Shown piece by piece: positions 1 to 10,849 of a DNA stretch of 64,000 bases; the first letter of the stretch is position 1, and each line of letters opens with the position of its first letter. Under the pieces are notes generated by a model, which did no database searches, was not told the origin of the DNA, and saw nothing but the letters and a program-made list of their open reading frames with translations. This DNA comes from Azolla caroliniana. Taxonomy: Eukaryota; Plantae; Polypodiophyta. The position numbers and the translations under genes are program-made. The stretch covers positions 1,488,001-1,552,000 of the forward strand of contig JBHGNT010000005.1 of the NCBI GenBank assembly GCA_043228905.1. Reading direction: 5' to 3'.

Positions 1-256
1 CAGCATAATCCTTCATAACACCACATGAATTGGGGGTTTTGTGAGTATGGGTACTTAATACAGTTGCAGCAGGAGCAGCCGATTCAGAAGCAGGGGAAGA
101 AGGATGAGGAGGAGAGGAGGAAGAAGAAGGAGATGGTGATGGTGATGGTGATGGTGATGATGATGAAGACAATCCTCTGTTCTCTCGCTCCCTCCTGTCG
201 ACAAGAGGGACGTCCAGCTGCTGCCTTGCACTGCCACTGTGCCTCATCTCCGCCAT
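1..256 (-). CDS. Probable 5' coding end of an unidentified gene running off the left window edge (Ser/Pro-rich N-terminus)
   Basis: ATG at 256 (minus strand) opens a stop-free frame to position 1: MAEMRHSGSARQQLDVPLVDRRERENRGLSSSSSPSPSPSPSPSSSSSPPHPSSPASESAAPAATVLSTHTHKTPNSCGVMKDYA. It is absent from the ORF track because no stop lies in the window. A (GA)n tract precedes it on that strand. Confidence 0.55.
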   Translation of the reverse strand, partial: MAEMRHSGSARQQLDVPLVDRRERENRGLSSSSSPSPSPSPSPSSSSSPPHPSSPASESAAPAATVLSTHTHKTPNSCGVMKDYA

Positions 257-301
257 TGCAGCATTGCTCCCTCTCTCTCTCTCTCTCTTCGCTCCACATA
301 C

Positions 302-435
302 GTATGTATGTATGTATATGTATGTATGTGTGTATGTATGTACTATGTATGTATGTGTGTATGTATATACTATGTATGTGTGTATGTATGTACTATGTAT
401 GTATGTGTGTATGTATATGTATGTATATGTATGTA
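302..435. repeat. (TATG)n/(TG)n compound microsatellite
   Basis: Directly visible; source of the spurious MYVC/HTYI ORFs. Confidence 0.95.
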
Positions 436-1436
436 CATAAAATGAACCATACGTATCATACGTGCATTCGCATTCGAGAATGATTTAATCATACGTGTAT
501 GGTAAATCATCTCAACGTTGGATTGGATAGATAAGAATGGTATTGATTGAATCACATGTCATCAAGTTTTCAATACTTTAGAAATTATTAAAGTACTAAA
601 CATTAGAAAGAGAGAGAAAGAGGGACAGAGAGCAAGAGAGTGCCAGGTGTTATGAGCTATCAGCTAAAGCTTCAACTTCTATGGCAATATTACCAGGACC
701 ATTCACCTTCCTTCTCTTCGTCCCCCCTTAGTTTGTTCCTATTGTTCTGATCACCGCCATCATCGTGATGACTCTGGTTCTGTTTTTGTTTCTGAGGATC
801 ACCATGGTCCATGATTATGATTCATCTTATTCTGAGGATTACCATGACTATGATTCATCTGGTTCTGGCATTTGATTCTCGTTGACATGGTGGATCAAGC
901 TTATGTTCTTCTTGCTCATATCATGTTGTTTTGAGATTAATGTTGGCTCTGAGCATGTCCCTGGTTCTAAGGATCTCCTCCCTCATCCTCTCCACGATCA
1001 TGAGCTACACCTACTTCCCAGAGCTCCACATCGCTCCCCATGAATTATACTGAGGAGGTTGAGATGTAGCAGAAGCCATGGAGCATTGCATCCATGGCCT
1101 GGCGGCAAAATCGTTGTAAAGAAGATTGCCATAGCCATACCCGTAGACTAGGTGGGAAGGAGGATCAAGAAACACAATAGAATGGTTGAAGAAATCGTGG
1201 CCACCAAGATATGGTGGATGAGTGGCAGAAGAAGATTCACGAGGAGGAGAGAGAGAGAGAGAGAGAGAAGTTAAAAAAAAGAGTAAAAAAAGTTTTTAAA
1301 AAAAGGAACACGTATTTTTCCCTTTTCAAACGTGTTCGTTTTCAAACGTTTGAATGCTTCCACGAACATGAATATTACGTTCTATGTGTATGTATATGAA
1401 TGTATGTGTATGTGTGTGTGTGTGTGTGTGTACGTG

Positions 1437-1543
1437 GTGTCTAACTACTACCAAATATTAAAGAGGGCAAGTGAGGGAATCGCGGAGAGGGACAATGCAG
1501 GTTGCTAGATGAGGACGCGTGCGATCTGCACTGTCCAATGTGG
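1437..1543 (+). repeat. Left TIR of the MULE
   Basis: Reverse complement of ~8884-8991; near-identical over the first ~57 bp, degenerate inward. Confidence 0.9.
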
Positions 1544-1545
1544 CT

Positions 1546-1714
1546 GTGGAAAAGGCGCGAAAAAGCGCGCCAATTAAAGAGGGAGCCCGTCTCATTAAAG
1601 AAGGGCCTCACTTTGTAAAAGGGAGCCCTTGTGGAAAAGGCGCGAAAAAGCACACCAATTAAAGAGGGAGCCCGTCTCATTAAAGAAGGGCTCCACTTTG
1701 TGAAAGGGAGCCCT
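1546..1714 (+). repeat. Subterminal 85-bp tandem duplication containing GGGAGCCC motifs
   Basis: GTGGAAAAGGCGCGAAAAAGC...GGGAGCCCTT begins at 1546 and again at 1631. Confidence 0.9.
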
Positions 1715-3333
1715 TCTCATTAGTTTGAGGGAAGTATAAAAAGCCTTTTTTCTGTCATTTTTTTCCTGTTTGCAAACAAGAAGCATGAGGTTTAGGGTTT
1801 AGGGTTTTTGAGCGCGCCGCACCACCTGCTGTCTGCGAGCACCTGTTGTAGACATCTTCAGTGAGGCACGACACCTGTTGTCCGCGAGCACCTACAGTCC
1901 AAAGGTAGGTATCATATTCCTTCTATTAGGTTAAGGTTTTTATTAGGTATCATATTCATTCTATTAGGTATTTATTCCTTCTATTAGGTTTAGGTTTTAT
2001 TCCATGTCATAAAAAACATCAACCTAACATGGACGATTGCTTGAACCTAATATGGTTTTATTCCTTCTATTGTGTCTTCAAGCAATCAACCATGGTTTTG
2101 AGTAAACATGGAATAAAAATAATACTTGTCTATGTGTATTCAAGCAATCATCATCCATATTAGGTTTTTACCCTACAATAGAAGAAATAGGTCTTTATTC
2201 TTCAAAGAAACAATTCCCCAAAAATAATACTTTTTCTCAAGGGAATGTATGTTACAAAAAAATATAAACATTTTATAACCCAAAATTTGAATTAGTTAAT
2301 GTTTAAATTAACAATGCTTGAATTTGCACATCTACATAAATGCCAACATTTGAATGCTTGAATTTGCCCATGTGATTCATGCATTATTGGGCTTTTTTAT
2401 ACCCACATTTAAAGGTCAAATCTCAAATCTTGTATACATTATTTGCGTTTTTTCTCCCCAAATAATAGTAATGTAATGAATGCCTTACTAAAAAAAGTTG
2501 TGTGTTATGTAAGTCTACGTAAATATGTTTTAAGTTCGAAGTAAAACGTTGTGTCCATTATAGTATTCTAAATGATAAATGATAAATTATTGCTGAATGA
2601 AATTAGGATTCTCCATGAAGACCAACTATTTGTCATGGACTCATGAACTATGACTATGATTTAAAACGTATCATTATTATGGCTATCTCCCTTAATTTAG
2701 AATGTGCCCTCTATGTATATATATTACAAAAACTAAAATAAAAACTTCAAGTAGCATTCATGAATTTTAAATTATTGACATTGATATGTTAGAATTTGTT
2801 AAGATTGATCTATTTTTTGAAATCATTGACAATTTTTGTCCATTCCAAAATCCTTAACACTAATGTATTGTGTAGAAACAATAAGATAGACTCAAGTATT
2901 CTTGAATTTAAAGACAAACATATGGTGAAGTTTTGGACTCTACCAATTACTAAGGAAACATTAAAGGCATTTATGTAAAAGTGAAAATCAAGTACAACAT
3001 AAGAATATGCACATTTATTACAAGCCATGAACACATGAAACCCATATTATGTGTAACGAAAAATGTATATTGGTTCTAGGTAAACAAGTGTCAATATATA
3101 AGATCAACATATTCAATCTTATAAATGGGGTTTAATCATGTTTCCGTTGTGCCTATGATGCATATAAGGCTCAAATACCCAATGGAGTGTACATCCACAA
3201 AAAAATGTGTGGCAGTACATTTGTGAGAACATAGACAACTTGTGTATACGTCTCATGATTGCTTCAAATATGATGTCCAAATATGATCGTAGATCCATTG
3301 GTGGTTTTTGAAGATGGCATGTGTTTTGTACAG

Positions 3334-4532
3334 ATGGCTAGTTGGTCCAAGACCTTCATAGACTTTGATATGGATTGGGGTGAAACAATACCCTATGAAG
3401 GGATGTATGGCATGAATCATTTCTCAACTTTATATTGTGTATAAATAGTGATGTTTGTGTGCTAACTTGAATGATGATTTAGGGTTTTTGTAAGAAAGGG
3501 TGCTAGGTGCCCCAAATCCAACAATATGGATGTTGAAAACATCCTTACTGAAGACTCGAACATGGATACGAACCCCATACATGACGTGGGGCTAGATGTT
3601 GAAGATATCAGTGTAAATGGTGAGTTGATGTACATTCTTATAATCATTATTAAAGTAAGTATATATTGGGTTTTTCTAATGCAAATGTCACACCATTGTT
3701 GTAGTGGACCCCATGTCCCTCTTCAAGGCGAGAAGAGACTCGACAGGTATCAAATCTCGCACATGTATTGTTGGAGATTCGTGTAGAAAAGAGGTACGAT
3801 GGTTTCGCAAAAAAGTTGACATGGAGGCTCACTTACAGAAGGCACATGGCATCTGTGTAGTACTGCCTCGGGGGCTAAAGATAGAAGAAGAAGAACAATC
3901 GACCCCCATGAGGAGTACAACCACGTCATTCTTCAGCCACTACGAAAGACAACGATCAATAAAGTGTTTTTTGGATCCGGAGCTAAAGTACAACAAATCA
4001 CGCCAATCACACATGAGGAAGTTGAGGACAAGAGCGATTAAGATCTTCAAAGCCACTCCGAACGCACTTCGAACATCCAAGGAGGCCGATTTCATTGCCC
4101 AATTCGTCAGCCAACAGATGGCCAGGTATGACGAATTGGCCATATTATTTTTTGCGATCCACTAAATAATCATCCGACTGCCGGCATGAAGACATTGGGT
4201 GATTTGGTTGTATGACATATCTCTAGCGCCACACACGACCATTGCATCATCAACAACGAGCGGTTCTAGGTATTGCATATCCCAACCCAACCTAATGGGA
4301 CAGATTGTGGGTATTACGTGATGCAAACCATTCGAATGTTGGTCGAGGAGTTCATTCAAGGATTTGAGTCCGATCAATTTGTAAGTATTTATGAGAATTG
4401 AATTTGGGCTTAGGTTGATGACATCATGTGGTGTAGGGTAAGGAGCAATGGTTTGGATTCGAAGATGTGCAGCTTCTTCGGAAAATCATGGCAAAATGGA
4501 CACGAAGGACTCTGGGCATAGGGTTATTTTAA
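3334..4532 (+). pseudogene. Transposon-borne spliced Ulp1-like (peptidase C48) gene with a C2H2-like zinc finger; disrupted
   Basis: Inferred exons ~3334-3404, ~3483-3619, 3705-4380 and 4437-4532. The 3704 frame reads CIVGDSC...HLQKAH, then FLDP, then through TAA(4163) and a TGA to RHWVIWLYD. A shifted frame gives IPTQPNGTDCGYYVM, matching the C48 Q-x-N-x-x-D-C-G catalytic Cys motif. The last exon reads GKEQWFGFEDVQLLRKIM...LF*. Confidence 0.75.
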
Positions 4533-4626
4533 TCACTAGCATGTTGTACTTTGTAACATCAAACATATGATCTCGATTTACTATCTCATGTGGATTGCCA
4601 ACTTTTTTGTAATATCTAGTAAATAG

Positions 4627-5750
4627 TTGAATCTCATTTTGGTTGTATATGACTCAATTTGATGTACATTCTAGTTGTGAGTCTTATTGTGTGAATCTCA
4701 TTCTGGTTGTATATGTCTTTGTTGATGTACATTCTGGTTGTGAGTCTTATTATTTGAATCTCATTTTGGTTGTATATGACTCAATGTGGACTCTATCTGA
4801 AAATCATTTTGTAATATCAAATCAATATTTGAATCTCATTTTGGTTGTATATTTGGTTGTATGTTTTGGGTGTCAAAAGAATAAAACTAATAGCTTATTG
4901 ACAAGTAGTCACGGCAATGGTTTTTGAGAAAGGCGAAGAAAGAGTAAGTATATAGAAAGAGTGTTGTAATCAAAGAATGTTGTTGTAGAAAGAGTAAGTA
5001 TATAGAAAGAGTGCTTCGGTCCTTGTTGCAAACAATACAAAAGACATAACAAGACTCAATGCCAATCTTATTCAAAGACATAACAAGACTCAATGTCTAT
5101 CTTCTTCAAAGACATAACAAGACTTGATGTGAATCTTATTCAAAAGGGAGCCCGGTTGATTAATGTGGAGCTCGACTCATTCATGTTCATTAAAAAAGGG
5201 AGCCTGACTCTGGTAAAAAGGGAGCCCGACTAATTAATGTGGAGCCCGACTCATTCATGTTCATTAAAAAAGGGAGCCTGACTGATTAATGTGGAACCCG
5301 ACTCATTAAAAAAGGGAGCCCGACACAGTAATAGGGAAGTGCCCAACTACATGTAATGATGGCGTCTCAACAATCATATTAACGACTACAGTAAATTAAT
5401 TCACCAAATTCAGTAGCATGCACTAAGAGTCTTCCCATCATTCCCAATTAACCCATTCCCTTCCTTAACAGTCTATTAATCACTCGCACTCATATCATTC
5501 ACTCTCATTCTCGATCGTTAATCTACTCCATTCATGTGAATTATTTGAATTCATTTGATTTCATTCACTTCATTCACCTCAATCACTGGCATTCTTGATC
5601 ATATTGTAGGCCATTTGATTTCATTCACTCTCATTCTCGATCATTAATCTACTCCATTCATGTGAATTATTTGAATTCATTCACTTGAATTCATTTGATT
5701 TCATTCACTTCATTCACCTCAATCACTAGCATTCTTGATCATATTGTATT
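4627..5750. repeat. Cluster of short tandem-repeat arrays in the MULE intergenic region
   Basis: GAATCTCATT(T/C)TGGTTGTATAT x4 (4629-4853); GAAAGAGTAAGTATATAGAAAGAGTG x2; CAAAGACATAACAAGACT x3 (~5038-5124); GGAGCC(C/T)G array (5144-5322); ATTCACT/TTTGATTTCATTCACT duplications (5480-5750). Confidence 0.85.
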
Positions 5751-5754
5751 TGCT

Positions 5755-8606
5755 ATGGAGAGCACAATGCATCATGGTGTCTTCGCCATGTCAGAAGATG
5801 AATTGGAGGATACATCATGATCATCCAATGCATCCGAGGACGAATTGGAGGATACTTTTGAGTCATCAGATTCTGATCGTGAGGATGAGGCGGTCGATCC
5901 CTTCATGTATTGTTCCCCCAGGTATTTTGCATTTTCAAGAGGTATGTATAATTTGATGATTAAAGATTTATTGGGACAAGTTAAGGTAACATTGGAAGCA
6001 TTACGTGATGTCGCGAGGGGAGCACCTCTTTCACTTCATGCATGGAGGCGCATGAAGATTCGTCTCATACTCGGGAATGAGAGTGCAATTTACCTTAAAG
6101 CATCACCTAATCTTGAAGTCTTATACGTCGAGAAATGGAGGGAAGTAGTATTAGCGTCACATGGTGACACATCCCATCACATGTTTTCAAAGACTCTTAA
6201 AGAGTTAAAGCTAGTTTATGCGACTAATGGACGTGATTATGGCATCCCACCGGAGTACGTGAAAGCACTCATTACAAGTTGTGGTTGCCAAACAGTATCG
6301 AAGGTCGACTCGATAGAAGGTTTGGGATCAAGCATGGCCAAATATAACAAGACCCTACCCATAGAAGTGATCAAGGTAGAAACCCACCAATTAGATGATG
6401 CGCTCACGGATTTGCAAACCAAGTACCACACACATTTAAGGAAAGGAGTCAAGAAGGGTACGCGTGTGACTAGGTATACTTGGCATCGTGCTGGGACATC
6501 TCGACTTGCGTCTAATTCCACTCGACAACGCAAGTGCACATTCCATGTGGACGTTAGAATCAATGACGATGTTGACATTGAGACACTTACCATTTCAATA
6601 TATGGACCTCATAGTGGTCATGTACCATGTAGTAGGTCGGATGTGTACCATTTGCCAGTACACCCCAATGTCATAAGTTGTTGCAAAGATGACTTATTTG
6701 ATGTTGGGTATGCAAGGCATGTGGCATGAATGAGCATGCGTAAGGAAGCATATCATAAGTCCAAGGCTAGTCCATTAGAGCTTGTTATCTATCGGTTCTT
6801 TATGATACCAAAGGAGGTCCATAACATGGCAAATAGGTTAAAAATCGGGAGTGCCATGACTAAGGTTGATTCGGCTTTGATGATGCAAGATGCCTATGCA
6901 CTCCGAGATCTTGGGAAAGTGGCTCATGTTCAACCCTACCTGCCTGGTGAACCAGGATCTCCCCCCATACAACCATTTATCTTGATACTTCAAGATCAAT
7001 GGATGTTGGAAATGTGTAAGCGGTTGACCCTAAACAACTCTTGGGCAATTGACTCGACATTTAAACCAAACCAATTCGGGCTACCATTATATGCAACAAT
7101 TGCCCCCAAAGCCATGGGAATTGGGATCCCATTATGGTACATGCTTTGTAGTTCTGATCAGGGGTCAAACCATGAGCAAGTGGCATTAGAAACTTGTTTG
7201 AGAGTCATATTCGCAAGGATGCCCATGGTGAGGCCAAATGCAATATTGATCGATAAATGTTGGACATCATATAATGCCATAACTAATGTGGTTGCAACAA
7301 ACCGCCAATCTTGGATTGTTGTAAATGGGCAACGGTCCCAAACACATTGTCGACTTTTGTTGTGTCAGTTTCACGCCAAAAAGTCATGGGTGGACAACTT
7401 GTTGCCAAAAGTAAGTGCAAATGAGAGAAGTCATCTTTATCAACGAATGTGCCAACTGATGCAATGCATTACTGAATCATCATTCAATGCAATGTGTGAG
7501 GAGTTAAAGGTAGAATATGCGGACAAGCCCAGTGTTTGGCAATATATAGAAGGAGGATGGTGTGGTTTGACATGTGTGTGGAGGAAACTTTGGCCCAAGT
7601 TTGGTAGAATGTTCAACTATGGACACGTTGACACTACCAATATTGTGGAAAGACATTGGCAGTTTATCAAGTATACTGCCTTGAGAGGAAGAATAAACCG
7701 ATCAATTACCGATCTTCTGCATGTCTTAATCGGGGACAGTGAAACTGGCACTTGCATAGGAGGAACGGTAATAGAGTGGTACAAGCAACGACAAGAAATA
7801 TGTGAGAGTGGTCCCGAATTAAAGAAGCGGAGAGAATATTGGAAAGGTATGTCAACAATACTTCCACAATTGAAATTGTCGACGAGGCCCGATATTGGTT
7901 TAGAATCTTGAGCATGACGACTCCCACTCTATGGTATAATGTCTCACTCCAATGCTCATATTGTGATTGCCAAGACATTGTGAGTAAATGTAAGCATTTA
8001 CTCGGTATCCGAATGATTATTGAGAGGCATATGTCACATTTATGTGGCTCATTGCCTTTTATAGATCACACGACCCAAATGCGAATGGACCATAATACAA
8101 AAATAGAAGTGGAGGAGGTAAAGCAAGTAGAGGAGACAAACCCCACAATATCCGAGATTGAATCATTCAAGTCCAAAATACAAACGATCGTGAAAGCACT
8201 TCAATGTCTCGAGCAAGGGTTAGGAACCTTCGACCGTGCAACTATTGTCGAAGGTATACAAACATTGGAAGATGTGGCTGACAAGGTGTATCGCGTTGGT
8301 GCACCAAAATCAACCAATGAAGAAGATGATAGATCAATAAGTCACAACCAACAAATCGGTGCCAAAAGAAGTGCAACAATAGACATCTTGCAATAACTTA
8401 TTGGCAGCTCCCCAAACACTTCCAAATCCCACTCCGGAAAACTACAAAGAGGTGCTAGTCGGGCTAGGAGGAGATTGCCATTGGTTGACCATGAGAAGGT
8501 TCGGTGTTTGCGTTGCGATGGCTTGACCTTGACTTCAAGGGACTCAAATGTTACATGCTATAAAAATTGTGGTTGCATCTTGCAATCATCCCGACATGAG
8601 CCATAA
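5755..8606 (+). pseudogene. MULE (MuDRA-like) transposase pseudogene: HHCC - WRKY/GCM-like - DDE - SWIM - C4 zinc
   Basis: One frame runs from ATG 5755 with in-frame TGA at 5818 and 6727, a frameshift near 7830-7840, TAA at 8394, and ends at TAA 8604-8606. Motifs: AIDSTFKPNQFGLPLY (D1), ILIDK (D2), LLCQFHAKK (CxxH), DTTNIVERHW (E), YCDCQDIVSKCKHLL (SWIM). Confidence 0.9.
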
Positions 8607-8883
8607 TCTTAATATGTAACGTGTATATTCATATTTCATTTTAGGGTTGTCAACATTTGACATTTTTAATATTTTATGTAAGACTTGTTATTTGAATCTT
8701 AAGGTTTTTTTGGGAAATTTTATGATCAGTTTCATGGCAAATATTTGTTGTACACTTACAATTTTGTGGAGTTTTTGATGTTTGTTGCTACAGAGTCGGG
8801 CTCCCTCTTGCAGAGGCTATCGGACAACGGGGCTCCTTCTAACAGAGTCGGGCTCCTTGTGACAGACGTTGTCAGCTTTTTAT

Positions 8884-8991
8884 CCATCTTGGACGGTGGA
8901 GATCGAACGCGCCATCAGCGGTGCGACCTGCACCGTCCCTCTCCGCGATTCCCTCACTTGCCCTCTTTAATATTTGGTAGCAGTTAGTCAC
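8884..8991 (-). repeat. Right TIR of the MULE
   Basis: Reverse complement of the left TIR. Confidence 0.9.
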
Positions 8992-8996
8992 GAGCG

Positions 8997-9094
8997 TGTG
9001 TGTATGTATGTATGTGTGTGTGTGTATGTATGTATGTATGTATGTATGTATGTATGTATGTATGTATGTATGTATGTATGTATGTATGTATGTA

Positions 9095-9153
<59 letters not shown>

Positions 9154-9281
9154 GTGTGTGTATGCATGCATGTATGTATGTATGAATGTGTATGTATGTA
9201 CGTATGTATGTGTGTGTGTATGTGTATGTATGTGTGTATGTATGAATGTGTATGTATGTATGTATGTGTGTATGTATGTAT
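8997..9281. repeat. (TATG)n/(TG)n microsatellite flanking the MULE; continuation of the tract at ~1383-1432
   Basis: Directly visible. Confidence 0.95.
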
Positions 9282-10057
9282 TGTACACTCTTGTATGGTC
9301 ATCAAATTACATGTTCACTTCACTTGTGAGCGTGAGTCGTGACCCCACCATCTTCTTTTTTGGGGGAGGTGCGAAATCTTCACCCCTGAGTTTATGAGAC
9401 ACTCGTAAGTGGCACCGTGCTTGTATAACCTGATCAATGTTTGACCTCTTTAATATCATGGTATACATGGGGATTGGCCACCTTCCACATAGCGACCAAG
9501 GTTTAGTAGACAGTTTAGAGTAACATCACACTCCAAGTCCGATGATCAGATGCTCAACGATCATCAAAAGGGTTGATCAAACATGTTGATATATATGTAT
9601 TTGCATAGATATAGATTGAGACATATAGAATCTACCAAAGCTTCACGTCCTACTTGCCCTTTTTACAAAAAACAAATCCCACTCAGAGATCATAAAATGT
9701 GTATATATATATATATATTCCTGAAAAATATCCTTTCATTAGTTATGAACAATTATTACAATAAAAACTGGCCTACAATAAAATGTTTATATATAAAGAG
9801 ATAAAACAACAATAACACGTTGTTGGGGGCTAGTCAATGCTTAGATGATCGTAAATTAGAGAGAACCTATACAAATATCTCAACTAGTCTCTCATGGATG
9901 TAAAATAAATGTGGGTGTGTGTGTCTTCATTGATTGCTTGATGCATGTAACTTATTTTGGGCATATCCAACATGTTTATAAAATGTCCAATAGGATTTGT
10001 CACACCATAGATTTTAGTTGGGATACTGACTAGCACAAGTTCACATATAGCCCAATT

Positions 10058-10176
10058 GATCCTCTCTTTTACAAGTACAATACAATACAATCCTCCTCAC
10101 CTATAACATCGAGGAGTGGAATCGATCCTCTCCTTTATGAGTACAATACAATACAATCCTCCTCACTTATAACATC
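10058..10176. repeat. ~53-bp direct duplication
   Basis: GATCCTCTC...AGTACAATACAATACAATCCTCCTCAC(C/T)TATAACATC at 10058 and 10123. Confidence 0.8.
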
Positions 10177-10849
10177 AATCCTTCTCGTTTGCCCTCGTCC
10201 TTCTATTTTTTTCGTCGATTCCTCTTGCACTCCCAAATAATACTAGGCACAGTTGGGTGGCTTCCAAGCTCGAATCGTATACAAGATCGAGCGTGAGATA
10301 TTGACAACCTTGGACGTGCTTCCCCGTCTTAATGTGTGCCATTTCAATTCTCGATCCAATGAGTCGACAAAAATGGGCATCAAGTGGATAGGGAAAGAGG
10401 GAGAGAGAGATCAGGTGGTCATGGGTTCAACCCCTACATTCCACAGTGGCATCTAGTGAATTATGAGATGTATAAGAAGTATATAATAGAGAGGTGAGGA
10501 AGTTGGGTTTCAAACTCACAACAGAGTGCTTGTAGTGCTAACAACTTACCAGTAGGGTAAGGTAATTACGATAAGAGAATGGCCGGGCCTCCCTTGTGTA
10601 ATTTGCCTGATTTGGCATTATTTCCTAATGGAGAAAGCCATAAGTGGAGCATAGAAAGAAAGAAGTCCACCTATTATACATATAGGTGAAGCAGTTAACG
10701 GATGGGCGAAGAAGAAGCCTGTATGAATCCATTCCTCTGTCTCTGTCTCTGTCTCTGTCTCCCTGCCGAGAGCGAAGCAGAGGAGAGGAAGGAGTGGCGT
10801 CTCGTAGCTGCGTCTGCAGGATGAGCGAAGCTTTGTGTGGCCCAGGAGG

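Larger units (their letters stand above)
1433..8996 (+). mobile_element. Mutator-like DNA transposon (MULE), ~7.56 kb, with decayed ORFs, carrying a Ulp1-like gene; lies within a (TG)/(TATG) microsatellite
   Basis: Imperfect TIRs at 1437-1543 and ~8884-8991; left core CTAACTACTACCAAATATTAAAGAGGGCAAGTGAGGGAATCGCGGAGAGGGAC matches the reverse complement of 8935-8987 almost exactly. Internal MULE DDE + SWIM transposase. Candidate TSD TGTGTGTA at 1425-1432 and 8997-9004. Exact termini uncertain by a few bases. Confidence 0.9.

Noticed and set aside
5038-5322. CRISPR-like repeat-spacer array
   Set aside because: Eukaryotic context, no unique spacers and no cas genes; these are tandem repeats within a transposon.
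6727-6732. TGA immediately followed by ATG, suggesting two coupled ORFs or programmed readthrough
   Set aside because: More simply a CGA-to-TGA nonsense mutation; the element has several other stops and a frameshift.
8872-9397. MYVC/HTYI-repeat ORFs (also at 25-555, 28373-28722, 38977-39213, 46656-46964)
   Set aside because: Translations of (TATG)n/(CA)n microsatellites, not genes.
10420-10562. tRNA/SINE-like A and B box traces (also ~59500-59620)
   Set aside because: Too degenerate to fold as a tRNA or to delimit as a SINE by eye.
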